DNA of 64,000 nt, taken from Octopus vulgaris (Eukaryota). Location of the stretch: assembly GCA_951406725.2 (NCBI GenBank), contig OX597817.1:108066001-108130000 (forward strand), read 5' to 3'. The translations under genes and the position numbers were made by a program. Below, one piece after another: positions 13,391 to 26,855 of this stretch. Position 1 is the first letter of the stretch, and the number at the start of each line of letters is the position of its first letter. The notes beneath the pieces are model-generated. The model worked only from the letters and a program-made list of their open reading frames with translations, searched no databases and was not told where the DNA came from.

Positions 13391-13714
13391 GCTTAATTGT
13401 GTGAAACTATTGGAAACTTTGGGAAAGACGTTTGTTTTAAGCTTTAGTTAATTGCCTTTGTGATGCTAAAACAATTAGGATTAACAGTAAACCTACTGTT
13501 TTGCATAGACTGTCATACGAAACATAATTCTAGTTTCTCTGCACACGCACGCACACATACATACACATAAAAGTAACGTTTATTGCCACATCAATATGGC
13601 TATTCGACGTTACTACGTCTAACCCCAGGCACCTGGTTATCGGTGCAATCTGCACTCTGTATATGTTGCAAGCAGGGAAGCGAACCCCTACTATCTTCTA
13701 AAAGACGACGGGAT

Positions 13715-13761
13715 CACCAAACCGAACGGTTTCAGGCTGTTTGTTCCTACCTTCAGTGGTG
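13715..13761 (-). ncRNA. Type I hammerhead motif, copy 1 (core A9>G)
   Basis: Minus strand reads CACCA-CTGAAGGT-AGG(aacaaacag)CCT-GAAACCG(TT)CGGT-T-TGGTG. Confidence 0.65.
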
Positions 13762-14015
13762 AACATCTGACCGCTAAAGATAGCAGCTCACAATATATAG
13801 AAAACTAAGTGATAATCAGTGAATGATCTTGCAACAAGCAAAGTAGCTACTTAAAAAATCTCAATAAGAGATGAAAGTAGTAATTATACTGAAAAGTAAT
13901 GTACTATTTAATTCCGGGCTGAGCCTCCGTCAGCTGATTATCGGTGCAATCTGCACCCGATTTATATTACAAGCAGGGGAGCAAGCCCCTACTATCTTCT
14001 AACAGACGTCGGGAT

Positions 14016-14059
14016 CACCAGACCAAATAATTTCGGGTTATTTGTACCCATCTTCAGTG
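14016..14059 (-). ncRNA. Type I hammerhead motif, copy 2 (5' stem I truncated)
   Basis: Minus strand reads CA-CTGAAGA-T-GGGT(acaaata)ACCC-GAAA-ttatttg-GTC-TGGTG. Lies 301 bp from copy 1. Confidence 0.6.
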
Positions 14060-17000
14060 TACCGGGTACGATTGCACGGATAACCAGCTGGGGGCCGCTC
14101 TGCCTGGAATTAAACAGTAGTAACATCGAAGTCATATTGATGTGACGTTAAACATTACTTCCGAGTATAGTTACTACTTCCTTCTCTTACTGAGATTTTC
14201 TAACTAGCTACTTTGCTTGTTATATATATATATAAGACTTTTACTATTTTAAAATGTCATAAAACAGATCAGATTTATGAGAGAAAAAATTATTTTATCG
14301 TTATAAGTATTCAAACAGATATAAATATTTTTTTTCTTTTGATGGCTTACTCAGAAGAAGACATGAAGCGCCCGCGACAATTTGTCAGGGCTTGTAGGAC
14401 GAAGAGAGGAATTTGTTCTCAGAGACCTGACTTGGAAGTTTGCAACAGACTGGATCACGCTAAACATATCCAATATTAAAATAGTAATCAAAGTGTCCAT
14501 AGATAAAGAATGGTTGAGAACTCCTGGTCAAGATGTTCGATCAAATGGACCACCTATTCTATGAATTAGCGGGCAAAGTGTATGAGTATTCCACAGTCAG
14601 TGTACCCATAACGTAACTCGGAGGTAGAATGAACGTAATAGAAACATATCAGGGCTGGACCTTTGAATTAAAGGTACGATCCATCTGACGGGCTTCCATT
14701 CAGTCTCCGTCTATCCAAATTCACTTACAACGTTTCCGTCAACACATGACTATGGGAGGGGCACTTAACTAAGATTAAACGCCGTGAAATCGAATCTAGA
14801 AAAGAAATGTCTATTATAAAACAAATAAACAACATAAAATGAGGAACAAGTATGACCACTCGATGTTTACTTAATATGAAATAAAATATTACTATGATTC
14901 GTAACGGTGCATCATAAAGACAATTTAAATTAGCCTACTTGTTGGACAATTTAACAATCAAAAGGGAATGTAACATAATCATGATATAGATCTGAGAATT
15001 AAAGAACTTTTAAATTTGCCGATTAAGCGATTGTTTTTCTCAGGCTACTAATGAGTTGAACGTGTTTTACTCATTGACCATAATTGATCCAGGTCAGCAA
15101 ATTCTAAGTTTCTGGACGAAGTGAGTAACTTGCACCTGCATTCAAACGTACCTGCCGAAGCAGAGTGAATCGTTCATATATTTTCCGAATGGTAGACAGT
15201 TCGTACTGCGCTAGTTCCCTGACAAAGTTGCTTAACAGCCAATGAACAAGTTTATCAATCCATAAATTAGCACCGCAAATAATTACAACGCCTCACACAA
15301 GGCATTGCAAGCTCTGTAAAGTTGATATGCATTTATGAAACTTCAAGGGATTAATTCCTAGTCACGCATGGATATGTGATTAAGAAGTTTGCATCCCAGC
15401 CTTGTGATCTCGAGTTCAGTCATACAGCATGGCACTTTAGGAAAGTGTCTTCTACTGTAACCCTTGGTCGACTAAAGACTTGTCAGTGGATTTGGTAGAT
15501 GGAAACTGAAAGAAACCCATCGTGCATGTGCGTGTTTGTGCTTCTTTGTCTTGTCACCGTATGATAGTTATAAACGAGTGCCACCGTCATACAAGCGGTG
15601 TCATTCATTTCCAATCCTCCATAGCGACATGTCCGGATGGGGAAATATTATCTTGCTTGGAAAAACGTGCGGGTTGGTGATAAGACGGGCATTCAGCCGT
15701 AGAAAATCTACCTCATTGAATTCTGTCTGACCCATGCAAGCATTGAAATGTAGACGTTTAAACGATAAAGATGACGATGCAACTCCGGCACAAAAATGGC
15801 TCAGTTCCCTGCTACAACAATATTTCTTACTTTATCCTCATTACATTTGATCTACTCCTCTAGCAGTAGTAACTCGAGGGTTTTCTGCCTGACTAACGAT
15901 TTAGTCTACATAAACAAGTAGGTGTTTGGAGTCTTTTAACTCTTTCTGTAATAACTGCAATTAGACAATTCTACTACCCTTGTTAATCTTTTATGTGAAA
16001 TGAAACATAATGAATATAAATACTTTTAGTTGCACCAATGCATCACTAATGATTTATGAATAATTGTACCTACATATCTTTGTAAACTAAAGTATGTAAA
16101 ACATATATACATACAACTACTTTGTATGTTAGCGAATGAGCGTGGGTATGCAACATATGTTGTACATATATTTAACGGATAAAATGTCAATTCCGCCAAA
16201 ATCAACTTTGCTTTTCGTCATTCTCGAATCATTAATACAAATGCCAGTTAAGTGGTAGGCTCATTTTCGGCCGGTTTAATAAGACAGCTATTCGTCTAAG
16301 TCTTTAAAAAGAGTACTTGTTTCGTTGCAGTGGACTGTTCCCCTCTAAAATTTAGAGGTGTGGCTGAGTGGTAAGTAGCTTGCTTATCAACCACATAGTT
16401 CCGGGTTCAGTCCCACTGCATGGCACCTTGGGCCATTGTTTCCTACAATAGCCTCAGGCCAACCAAAGCTTTGTGAGTGGATTTGGTAGACGGAGGTTGA
16501 AGGAAGCCCGTCGTATATATGTGTGTGTGTGTCTAAAATTTGTTAACATTGCAACCAGGCTAGTGTTAGCTCTTAACGCGTTCACACTGTTGCAACAGGC
16601 ATGTCGTTGATCTCAGGATAACTTCCTCCAACCCGAAACTTGTCATGGACGCCGTCCTTCCTCTTCTGATTACACCATTAAAAACAAATGCGTCTATGTA
16701 TGTCAAAATAGTTTAAAATAGAGAACTGATTCAATAGATTAACATTTAGATGTAACAAATCTTCCAGTTGTTACGATGTGTTTCTCATGGGGAAAATTCA
16801 GGCTTTATATACCATGTAATATATTGTGATATATTCAATATGCTATATAACTTTGTGCACCACTGATTGTGGCTACCAATAGGAAACTACAGTGAAGGCT
16901 CAATAGCAGTATGTTAAAAGTTTATTGTTGAAGAGACATTTCTATCAGTTGGGCAACACTCATCCTTAATAATTCGAGGTTTTGTCTTCCAGCTTCTTGA

Positions 17001-17397
17001 ACGAAATATCTTATATGTTTACAAGCAGTAGATACTTGCATTATTCCATGATACGTTATATATTTTGATGACATAGATAGCTTCTATTTCTAAGTACGCT
17101 TAATAAAGCAGTTTGTTTAAACAATAAAAAGATATATATTTTTTGTACTGTGTCAATTACTAGTAAGATGGGTTTTAATCCAACTATGCTGCTCTGATTA
17201 ATGGTTTTGATTCGCTTTGAATTTTTCTAACTCAACAGACACTTCATATGTATTTACTGTCCAGGAAAATATTTTATTATTTTGTTATATTTGGAGATAG
17301 TCATTACTTTTACCAAATAAACACGTGCACTATATACTTGGCCTTCACTTCAGCTTTATCATCATCATCATCATCATTAGTATTATTTTAGTGTCAT

Positions 17398-17657
17398 CAC
17401 ACATCCTGTGACCTCTTCATCGACTCTTTATCCCACGAATCTCGTCTTGTTCTTGAGAATAAAGGAAACACTTGACAAAGTATGACCATCCCCAAATATG
17501 ACATCTGTTTCAGCACATTATTTCACACACACATCATGTGACTTCTTCATCGACTCTTTACCCCACGTGTCTCGTCTTGTTGTTGAGAATAAAGGAGACA
17601 CTTGGCAAAGTATGACCATCCCGAAATATGACATCTGTTTCAACACGTTATTTCACA
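17398..17657 (+). repeat. Tandem duplication of 2 x 130 bp
   Basis: CACACATC.TGTGAC.TCTTCATCGACTCTTTA...ATGACATCTGTTTCA.CAC.TTATTTCACA is repeated head to tail. Confidence 0.9.
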
Positions 17658-17696
17658 TCGGGAATCTTGCAAAACAAATATATAAACACAATATTT

Positions 17697-18266
17697 GGAT
17701 CTTTTCATTTTGAAGGCCAGATTTTCCTAGTTAACTAAACAATTTGAAACTTCGTATACTGGTAGAATGTGTCAAAAGAAAACATAATTGTAAACCAAAA
17801 TGAAAACGGAATTGTAATTTCTAAGTTTAACGTTGTTTAATAATTCGAATTTTAACCAATGGTATTCTTTCTTTCGACCTCATATCATTTACTACCTCTC
17901 AAAATATTGTTACTGTGACGTAAACAGCTATTTTGTGACGTAGTTAACGTAAACATGTAAATAGCTAAAATGTAAACATCCGCTTATTGTAAACAGCTAA
18001 ATTCGCTTGGCATCGTACACAGCTTTTTCAGTTCCCTAGAATTATATTTGAAGCAAAATAAAAAGAAAAAGATCATACGCATAAATATCCATCCTTAGAC
18101 ATCAGAAAGATTAGAAATGCAACAAAAATTTAAAATACCGGATCTTTACCTTTTGACCTACAGACTTAAAAATAATTTTTTCTAACTAAATACTTTCAAA
18201 CTTCGTGGAGTATATATAACATTTGTGTAGATCCTAAATAGCTACACACACATGTATACAAACATA

Positions 18267-18309
<43 letters not shown>

Positions 18310-19763
18310 TAGCAGTATCGCCCGGCGTTGCTCGGGTTTGTAAGGGAAATAACTATATAAGCATTTTTAGAGAGTTACTTCCCTTATAGATGCCAATTCG
18401 GGCTTTCTTAGCCATTTCTGTTTTGGTGTCTTCAAGCCATGAAGTCGTTGTTCTAAAAGAACGCTGATCTCCTTGACAACGCTTTACGACGTTGATTTCC
18501 TTACACTCCCTTCCCCACAGCTTCACGAGGGAGGGAAGAAGAGGGAGAAGCAAACAGGTGCAGGTGTGACCATGGACGCCAACTCCGCCGCCATCGACAC
18601 ACGAAAAATTATGCATTAAAATGGAATAAAAAATGATGTTAAATTATTTTTAAAATCGTAGACTCATCGTAGACGCGCGCTAATACTCAGACGGGCTCGA
18701 TATGAATCACGACTATAAGATACCCCAATTTGGTTAAACTGCACCGCAAATGTGGGAGTAGTTAGGAATCTAAATCGAAGGGGACAGACACTCACACAAC
18801 TACAGTTTTATACATATAGATATACACCTATACACACATATTCTAATGCATATGCATATATGTGTATATATTTATAATGTGTGTGTATTATAGATGCATA
18901 CATTATATATATATAAAAGATGTTTACATACAATATATATATGTTATATACATCTACATGTATATGTATGTATGAATATATAAGTACCACAGAATTTGAA
19001 TCAAACTGTTTTGATCCATACACACACACACACACGCGCACATACACATATACTAAAACTACATCGTTGGAGCAGTAATTTATTTATGTATTTTTTGTTA
19101 TACAATTTATTTTTAAGCTGAATCCCAATCCTGCCATTAACCCCTTTCTTATAAAATAGTTGAAGAATCTGGGGTGTAGGAATTGGGCCAGTATTGGAAC
19201 TTTTAACTTCTTGCTCTCTATCTTATGATCTCAGAAATTTAAGAATCTTGTGTTAACTGGGCTCTTATTATTTACTCTGACTCTGCCACCACCTCAATGC
19301 AAAGACTATCAATATCAGAATCATCTTCACAACCACCACTGAGACATCCTAACATAATCAATGCCACTACTACTATCGTCATCCACTGCCGCCACCACCA
19401 TCACCACCTCTACAAAAACACCAACACTATAATTGCTGTCATCATACACATCCACTGCCATGATAACCACATCTACCACAGCTGTTTGCTTACTGCTTAC
19501 CCACGCTGTTTAAAATTTTCACAAAATAGCTGTCTATGTCACAGTAACACTATGCAGTTAATGATTTCAAATGAAAACAGAGAATACGATTGGTTAAAAT
19601 TCGCAGATTTAAACTACGTTTAAACTTATAAAATACATTTTTCTCAAAAAAACTAGTTGAAATTAATGTTTTCTTTTGAGACATTCTACCAGTATACGAA
19701 GTTTCAAATTATTTAGTTAACTAGAAAAATCTGAAAAATCTGGCCTTCAAAATGAAAAGATCC
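17697..19763. mobile_element. Merlin-like non-autonomous TIR element with nested insertions
   Basis: GGATCTTTTCATTTTGAAGGCCAGATTTT at the left end and its reverse complement at the right. Perfect TSD CAATATTT (17689-17696 and 19764-19771). Contains a partial related end at ~18140-18205, a Helitron and microsatellites. Confidence 0.88.
18309..18820 (-). mobile_element. Non-autonomous Helitron nested in the Merlin-like element
   Basis: Minus strand reads A|TC...CCCGAGCAACGCCGGGCGATACTGCTAG|T. Its last ~70 bp are shared with 6021-6399. Confidence 0.8.
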
Positions 19764-21551
19764 CAATATTTCATTATGAATATGATTTAATGTCTCTATC
19801 ACTGCTACAAGAGGGTTATTTTTCGAGGTCATGTCGTTTTCTCTTAAATCTCTCAGAATAAATTACCTCTGTAGAATGATGTCCACACGTAGGAATTACT
19901 AATTTATTTACTGCTCACAAACACATACAAAGCCAACTCTCTCAAAAGTTACTAAGATTAATTCTATATTTCTGTCCACTTTCCTAAGTGGTTGGAAGAA
20001 CATCCAATGTCATATTTGGACATGGCCTGTACCAGGTCTTATATGGAAATTGTTGAACTAAGTTTTTCTCAATCAGTTTTAACAAAACAGGAAGGGAGAT
20101 GGGGGCGCAACAAAAAGAAAAACGACTGTTTGTCTGTTAGAATATATCTTTGAGACTTAATATATTGAGAAACCAGGTCTTGCTGATAGAAAACTTTATA
20201 TTTAAAGCTCCTTATATTTAAAGCTCAAATTTTGCGACTGAAACCCTAACATTAATTTATTATTTATTTATTTGTTCTTTACGTCTTTGCGATATGAAAT
20301 AGTCAAGTTTATGCTTTAACTAGCTAATTGAATTAATGATTGATGAATCGCTCATCTGGAAAGAGAACCAGTCCATGCCCGCCAGGAATACTTGCCTGGT
20401 AGCGTAACTTTGAAAACAGTTTAAAATACATTAATTTTCTGAAATCTAAGGATTTGTGAAATAAATATTACACTAATTTTAAAGGCCAATGATCACATCT
20501 AACAACATATATGTTGCAGGAAATATCTTGAAGTTCTGTTAGCACAGAATGCTGCTGAATGAAGATAAGAGGCAGTGAAGGTCAAGGTTCTTTTGGTTGC
20601 CCTTTAATCTGGTGCATTTCTGCATATATATTTCAAAATACTTCGCGATAATTAATTTGTTTTCACGCTAAGCAACGTGCAATTACCTCCTATTAGGAGT
20701 GAGTCAGATAATATTTGTACTAAAATTCTTTCTACTACATGCTTTCAACTTTTTCCATCAACGCCCTTCATAACTTGCTTACACTTCGTTTCACATGTAT
20801 GCTATATTAATACATATATATAGTAGGTGACGCAGAGAAAAGAGAGAGAAAAAAAACAATGATGTAGACTAAATATTCACTTAACGAATGAACTGAAAAT
20901 TAACCACAAATTACGCCAAGATTGGAAAGACCTTTCTCACATTCGAGTTTGAAATTCTCTGTTGAAGTTCTCTAATTGTTTTAAATTCGTACTGTGAAAT
21001 ATTTAAAGTAACCCTTCTGTAATTGCTAATACTAATAAAAGAAAAACAGAATTAAGAGTGAAAAATCCGTTTTCAGTGGAAAATTGGTAGATAATTTCAT
21101 TTTCCTCAGAAGTAAATGGGAATTACATGTATTATTTGCTTAAATTATCGTTAGCATGTCAGTATTTCGTCCTACAGTATCCAATCAAATATAATACACA
21201 CACACACACACACACACCAGTTTGTTCGTATGTCTACATTTCATCTTGTTTATTTTCGTCTTTGCCCCTCGTCTTAAATCATATTTACTTCATATTTGCA
21301 TGATCATTTTCTGTATTGCGTATTTGTTTATTTCTTGTTTGTTCACTTTCTGTCATGTTTGGCCCCTTATTCGTTGGCTCGCCATTTCCTGGTGGTTTCT
21401 TGCTGCCGGTGTCACCAAAGGGACCAATATTATCGTTGAAGGCACGAAATTATGTTTGACCCTCTGGCCGATAACTGGTGAGGATTTGGCGACCTTCTGT
21501 GTCTGTTTTCTGTTTGTTTGTGCATTTATTATGTTTTTTAATATATATATA

Positions 21552-21597
21552 TACATTATTTACATTTGACGGATATTTGTTCTCATCTTGTTTGTTT

Positions 21598-21636
<39 letters not shown>

Positions 21637-21777
21637 TCACTGCCTGGAATCGAACTCGGAATCTTGTTAGTAACCCGCGCTCTTAACCACTACGCCATAT
21701 GCACGTGGGCATATGGCGTAGTGGTTAAGAGCGCGGGCTACTAACCCCCAGATTCCCTGCTTGATTCCAGGCAGTGA

Positions 21778-21825
<48 letters not shown>

Positions 21826-21994
21826 CAACAACAACATCGAAAAATATCTTAGGAATGAGAACCCAGGTTCGAAATTTCCCCATGACACCTGATGAAGGCT
21901 GGAGGGTATATCAGCCGAAACGTTGTGTTAACAACAAACAAGATGAGGACACATATCCGTCAAATGTAAATAATGTACATAATTCCTCATCTCT
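21552..21994. mobile_element. Head-to-head palindromic tRNA-derived element carrying a hammerhead
   Basis: The left arm (21552-21702) is the reverse complement of the right arm (21709-21977) without its middle, around a loop ACGTGG. Each arm has a tRNA-like head, (AAT)n and a shared tail. Confidence 0.8.
21884..21929 (+). ncRNA. Minimal type I hammerhead ribozyme
   Basis: Stem I GACAC/GTGTT, core CTGATGA (21889-21895) plus an extra A, stem II GGCTG/CAGCC, GAAA (21917-21920), palindromic ACGT stem III and GUU triplet. Confidence 0.8.
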
Positions 21995-22517
21995 TTGTAC
22001 ATTATTTATATATATTGTTATTTCTCCATAGATAGAAAAAGAGAACTGGTTTCAATCTTAGTTGGAACTTTCTCCACCGGTCATGTATTCGCAATTGTCT
22101 ATCCTTAGTGGAAGATAAGCTTATAGCTATTTATTTCGTCAATGCTGACAGTGATTTGCTTGTTATCAGTAAATTAATCATTTATGCGCAAAGCTGCCCA
22201 CCATTTGAGAACCATTGCTGTAAAGAATCGATTACCATTATTATTATTGCTGCTGAATAGGTTTGCTCAGCTTGAACAAATGCACGGCATGAAGTACGTC
22301 AACTGGACAAAATATTCGAATAATATTTCTAGGCGTAATTTACTTTATTACGAGATATATTTTCGAAGTATTTAGAGTTTTAACATTTGATATCCAATTG
22401 TAAATAAATAAAACCTATGTTGGGAAATATTTGGTTGCTACACTGCGTAAATCGAGTGACCATTTAAGTTTTCTGGCGAGTTTCAAGCTTGTTTTACGAA
22501 CCAATAGGACTATTTTG

Positions 22518-22753
22518 GGATCTTTTCTTTTTGATGGACGGAATTTCTAGTTAACTAAACAATTTGAAACTTCGTATACTAGTAGAATGTGTCAAAAGGA
22601 AAAAAAAAATTTCACTTGGCTTTTTTGAGAAAATTGTAATTTGTAAGTTTAACGTAGTTTAATTCTTCGAATTTTAACCAATGAATTGCCAGCATTTGAG
22701 CTCAAATCATTTGCTGCGTCTAAAAACTCAGACAACATCCTGTTGCAACGTAA

Positions 22754-22795
<42 letters not shown>

Positions 22796-23715
22796 CTCAC
22801 ACACACGTGTTCACACACACGTGTTATTCATCCTTCTCTCTGTCTCGCTCATCGATAAACAAAGGAGGCATGTGCTAGAAATAACGGCCATATTTCTTAA
22901 ATCGATGAATTTCGTCGCCCAATAAAAAATTAACGATATTTTTTGAATATTTTCTTTTTTTTTACCGAAAAGGCTTCTCCCATGGTTTTGAAGGGCCAAA
23001 AACAACAAAAACAAAACAATAATATGCCTAAATCGGTCTAGAGTGGGATATGAGGGTGCGCGTGGAGTGTGGGTCGTATTGTAAAAATTTGTGAAATATT
23101 TTTTTCATAAAAGGATGTCCCAGCTTGTCGGAGGCTGTGATATAAATTGGGAAAAAATCCTCGACACCAGTGCGTAATTGGTACTTAATTTATCGACCCC
23201 GAAACGATGAAACATTGATCCCCCAGACAAAAGTATTAAGTCGATTCTATCGACACCAGTGCGAACTCACGAACGTGTATGTATGCTTGTGTGCGTATGT
23301 GTGTGTATGTATATCTCCGTTTGTATGTGTGTGTACGCTTATATATTAATTACTATGTGCTTGTGCAAATGTATATGCATGTGTTTGAGAGAGAGTGACA
23401 GAGAGAGTGTGTGTGTGTGTGTGTGTGTGTGCAAGTGTACGTGTGTATGTATCTGAATACATGTGTGTGTGTGTATGCGGCGTGCGTCTCCTCGTTTGTT
23501 TATCAATATCGATAACGCAGCAAATGATTTGAGCTCAAGTGCTGGCAATTCATTGGTTAAAATTCGAAGAATTAAACTACGTTAAACTTACAAATTACAA
23601 TTTTCTCAAAAAAGCCAAATGAAAATAATATTTTCTTTTGACACATTCTACCAGTATACGAAGTTTCAAATTGTTTAGTTAACTAGAAATTCCGTCCATC
23701 AAAAGGAAGAGATCC
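22518..23715. mobile_element. Merlin-like non-autonomous element with ~200-bp TIRs
   Basis: 22518-22718 is nearly the reverse complement of 23515-23715. Perfect TSD CTATTTTG (22510-22517 and 23716-23723). Confidence 0.9.
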
Positions 23716-23819
23716 CTATTTTGTCTATATTTATATTAAGCCTAATTTCTCCGTCTCTTGCAAATCCTTTCAGCTTGCGTGTGCACACTAGCATCTCCTC
23801 TCTTCTCAGCGAGACACAC

Positions 23820-24480
23820 TTATACGTAATGAGGTGATCTATAGTTTAAAATTACGAGAGAGAACTGTCTGATGGCTGGGTGATGCTTACTACAACTAAG
23901 TTTTTTCGGCAAGACCCCCCCCCCCCCAACCACCCTTAATAAAAGTTGGGGTTTTTTTCGACACAAACCCCACTTTTCGGCTACGGGGAATACGAATCTG
24001 CAAAAAAAATTGTCAAAAATCGGCATTTCTAAATTACCACCCCGCCATTTCCTTCATTTTTTTACCTTTATCAGAATGTTTTTTTCAAAATATGCGGAAA
24101 AATACGGAGATTAAGATTCTGAAAAAAATTTCCAAAAATTTTTGTAAAATCTTTTTTTAAGAATTTTTTACCTTTATCAGAATTTTTTCTTCTAAATATG
24201 CGGAAAAATACGGACATTATGATTCGGACAAAAATTTCAAAACATTTCTGCACTTACGTTTGAGGTTTTAGGGTTAGTGTTGGGGTTAAAAAGTCAAAAT
24301 TGAATAAGTTGGGGGGAAAGGGGGTGAAAATTTTCACAATGCCGATCTTTGGCAAAATTCCGGAACCTCCGTATCCGAAAACGGGGATTTTTGGCAAAAA
24401 AATTTTTTAAATAAATAAATTTGGGAGAAAATGGGTGGGGAACAGACGGAAGTCTTTCCGTTTTTTCAATTCTGTTTATT
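23820..24480 (+). mobile_element. Probable Helentron/DINE-like element with internal tandem duplication
   Basis: Duplicated unit TTTTTACCTTTATCAGAAT..AATATGCGGAAAAATACGGA (~24060 and ~24165). Terminal hairpin ACGGAA-GTCT-TTCCGT at 24446-24461 followed by a T run. Confidence 0.4.
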
Positions 24481-26855
24481 ATAACATATTTTTGCTGTAA
24501 AAAAAATTAAAAATTAAAAAATATACCTTTAAAAACTTCGCTCAAACGAACTCACAATTTTAGATTTCAGTTTTTAAAACAAAATAATTTTGAATAGCCT
24601 CAAGATGTTTGGTGGTGGATTTTGACTCACCTCCAAGTACACAGATTACTTGTTTGATTGTCGTCACTGCTACATAACATACTTTATGACAAACTGTATG
24701 CGTATGAGCGAGAGATATAAAAATAGACTTAGCCAATAACTCGAGTATTTGCAAAAATTATGAATTCACAAGCAAGACCGCGAATATGGGACAGCAATAG
24801 AAAAGCTGGCCATACCTAAAGGCCTGAAATATGCTGGTGTTTTATATCCTCCGCCCCAGTGGTCTTTGATAGAACAGATCTTTGATCAACAGTATTATAG
24901 TTGTAATATCATCTCACACAGAGATTTCAAAGTTTGCCGCTGTAGGAAAATTTTTTAATGAGCCTGTTCGTCTTATTCCAGACGTTGTTATTGCTGTAGT
25001 TTAGATAAAGGTTAGTCCTGGCCTTGCAGACGTACGATCAAAAGGTATTTTTGCTATGACCATACATCTTCCTTATGGGTATTGAATATCAAAGAAAACC
25101 GTATCCAGTATGACTTGCCTGTTTCAAGAAGATATAGCTGGTATTTCTAGCAAAACCTGCCTCTTTACCTCTATAGTCATGTGGGTGGCTGATTAAGCTT
25201 TCAAATCAGGAAGTCAATATTTAGCTGTATGTAGTAGGTGGTATTTCTTTAAACGCTAAAGTAAGAAGGAATTAAGTATAATCCTGTAATTTCCTCCCAT
25301 TTTTCACCAGAGTTGAATAGCAACTAGTAGTTTGTGAGATTCTTGACAATAAACGACAACTGGGCTTGGCGCCCATTGTCTGTCTTCAAAGCATTCAGTG
25401 ACATCATCGTTAAAACCAGCAGGGGGTGACTTTATTTCTGTAAAGGAAGTGACTATTAAACTAAGTGTTGTGAGATATAATTTATCTAGCATAAAAATGT
25501 GTTTAATAATTGTTTTATATTAGAATTAAAGTTAAAAATTAAGTGTTCAGTAGTTGGATATCGAACAAGGAAATAACAGAAAATGAATATTTTAGCTATT
25601 AAGTAACGAATGGATTCAACATACTGGCATACGAAATTTGTAACCGGTACACACTGGGATAAGGCCACACCTTTGTAGGAGAAATCGGAACCAATGACAT
25701 CTTAGTACACATGTGGTATATATTTAACATGCATGAAATACAAAGCCGGTCATAGAGGTGAAATTAAATACTTTGATGTATTTTCTACAGTGCTCTATAA
25801 TTTCTGGATGTAATAAATTTATAAGCGTAGTATACACGCACACATACATTCATTGATGTGTTTACTTATCGTTATAGGGATAGGTAGTTTATCTGTCTCT
25901 ACAGACGTAAGCGTAAGCCGTATGGTTAAGAAGTTCGTTTTGTAACCATATGACTCTGGGTTTGCTCCCACTGCACACTACCGCTGGCAAAAGTTTTTAT
26001 AAACACACACACACATACTAAACTGCATCCGAAGATAGGCTGACCGACTGATAGGCAGGAAGTTAACAACTTCTGAACTAAGAGCACGTAACCACCTCTC
26101 ACTTCCTTTTCAAATGCCAATATAGTGGCCTACACCCTTCCGAGCTTGTTGGTGTTGTACCAGCTCCCTTCAGAAACTTCCAGCTCAGACGTCTCTCTCT
26201 TTCTCTCGCCATTCATATCATATCTACTCTAGGCACGATATAACTGTCATGCCCAATCCTTCTCTGAAACACCTTTCTTCTAGAATTCCATCTCTTTACA
26301 TGTTTTTCCTGCAACTTTTCAAAAGGAACGTTAAGTGTTTCGATGTCACAAGGTGGCGGTGCAGTTAGCCTGAAATGATCATGATCACAACTCCTTCCTC
26401 TAGACTATTCCAATAGTAATAATAAGCCTTTCTACTAAAGGCACAAGGTCTGAAATTTTGAGGGATGGAGATAGTCGATTATATCGACCCAAGTATTTCA
26501 CTGGTACTTAATTTATCGATTCCGAAAGGATGAAAAGCGAAGTCGACCTCAGCGGAATTAGAACTTAGAACGTAAGGACAGGCGAAATACCTATTTCTTT
26601 ACTACCCACAAGGGGCTAAACACAGAGATGACAAACAAGGACAGACAAACGGATTCAGTCGATTACATCGACCCCAGTGCGTAACTGGTACTTAAGTTAT
26701 CGACCCGAAAGGATGAAAGGCAAAGTCGACCTCGGCGGAATTTGAACTCAGAAAGTAACGGCAGACGAAATACTGCTAAGCATTTTGTCTGGCGTGTTAA
26801 CGATTCTGCCAGCTCGGAGCCTTAAAAATAATAATAATAATAATAAGAAGAAGAA

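Larger units (their letters stand above)
13570..14220. mobile_element. Penelope pLTR / retrozyme-like array: two direct ~300-bp units plus an inverted partial unit
   Basis: 13570-13761 and 13830-14059 share TTATCGGTGCAATCTGCAC..CCCCTACTATCTTCTAA..GGGATCACCA. 14060-14220 is the reverse complement of the same unit. Confidence 0.7.

Noticed and set aside
21631-21780. Functional tRNA genes
   Set aside because: A and B boxes are present, but the acceptor stem pairs poorly, the ACT anticodon lacks a Ser variable arm and the context is a repeat. Treated as tRNA-derived heads.
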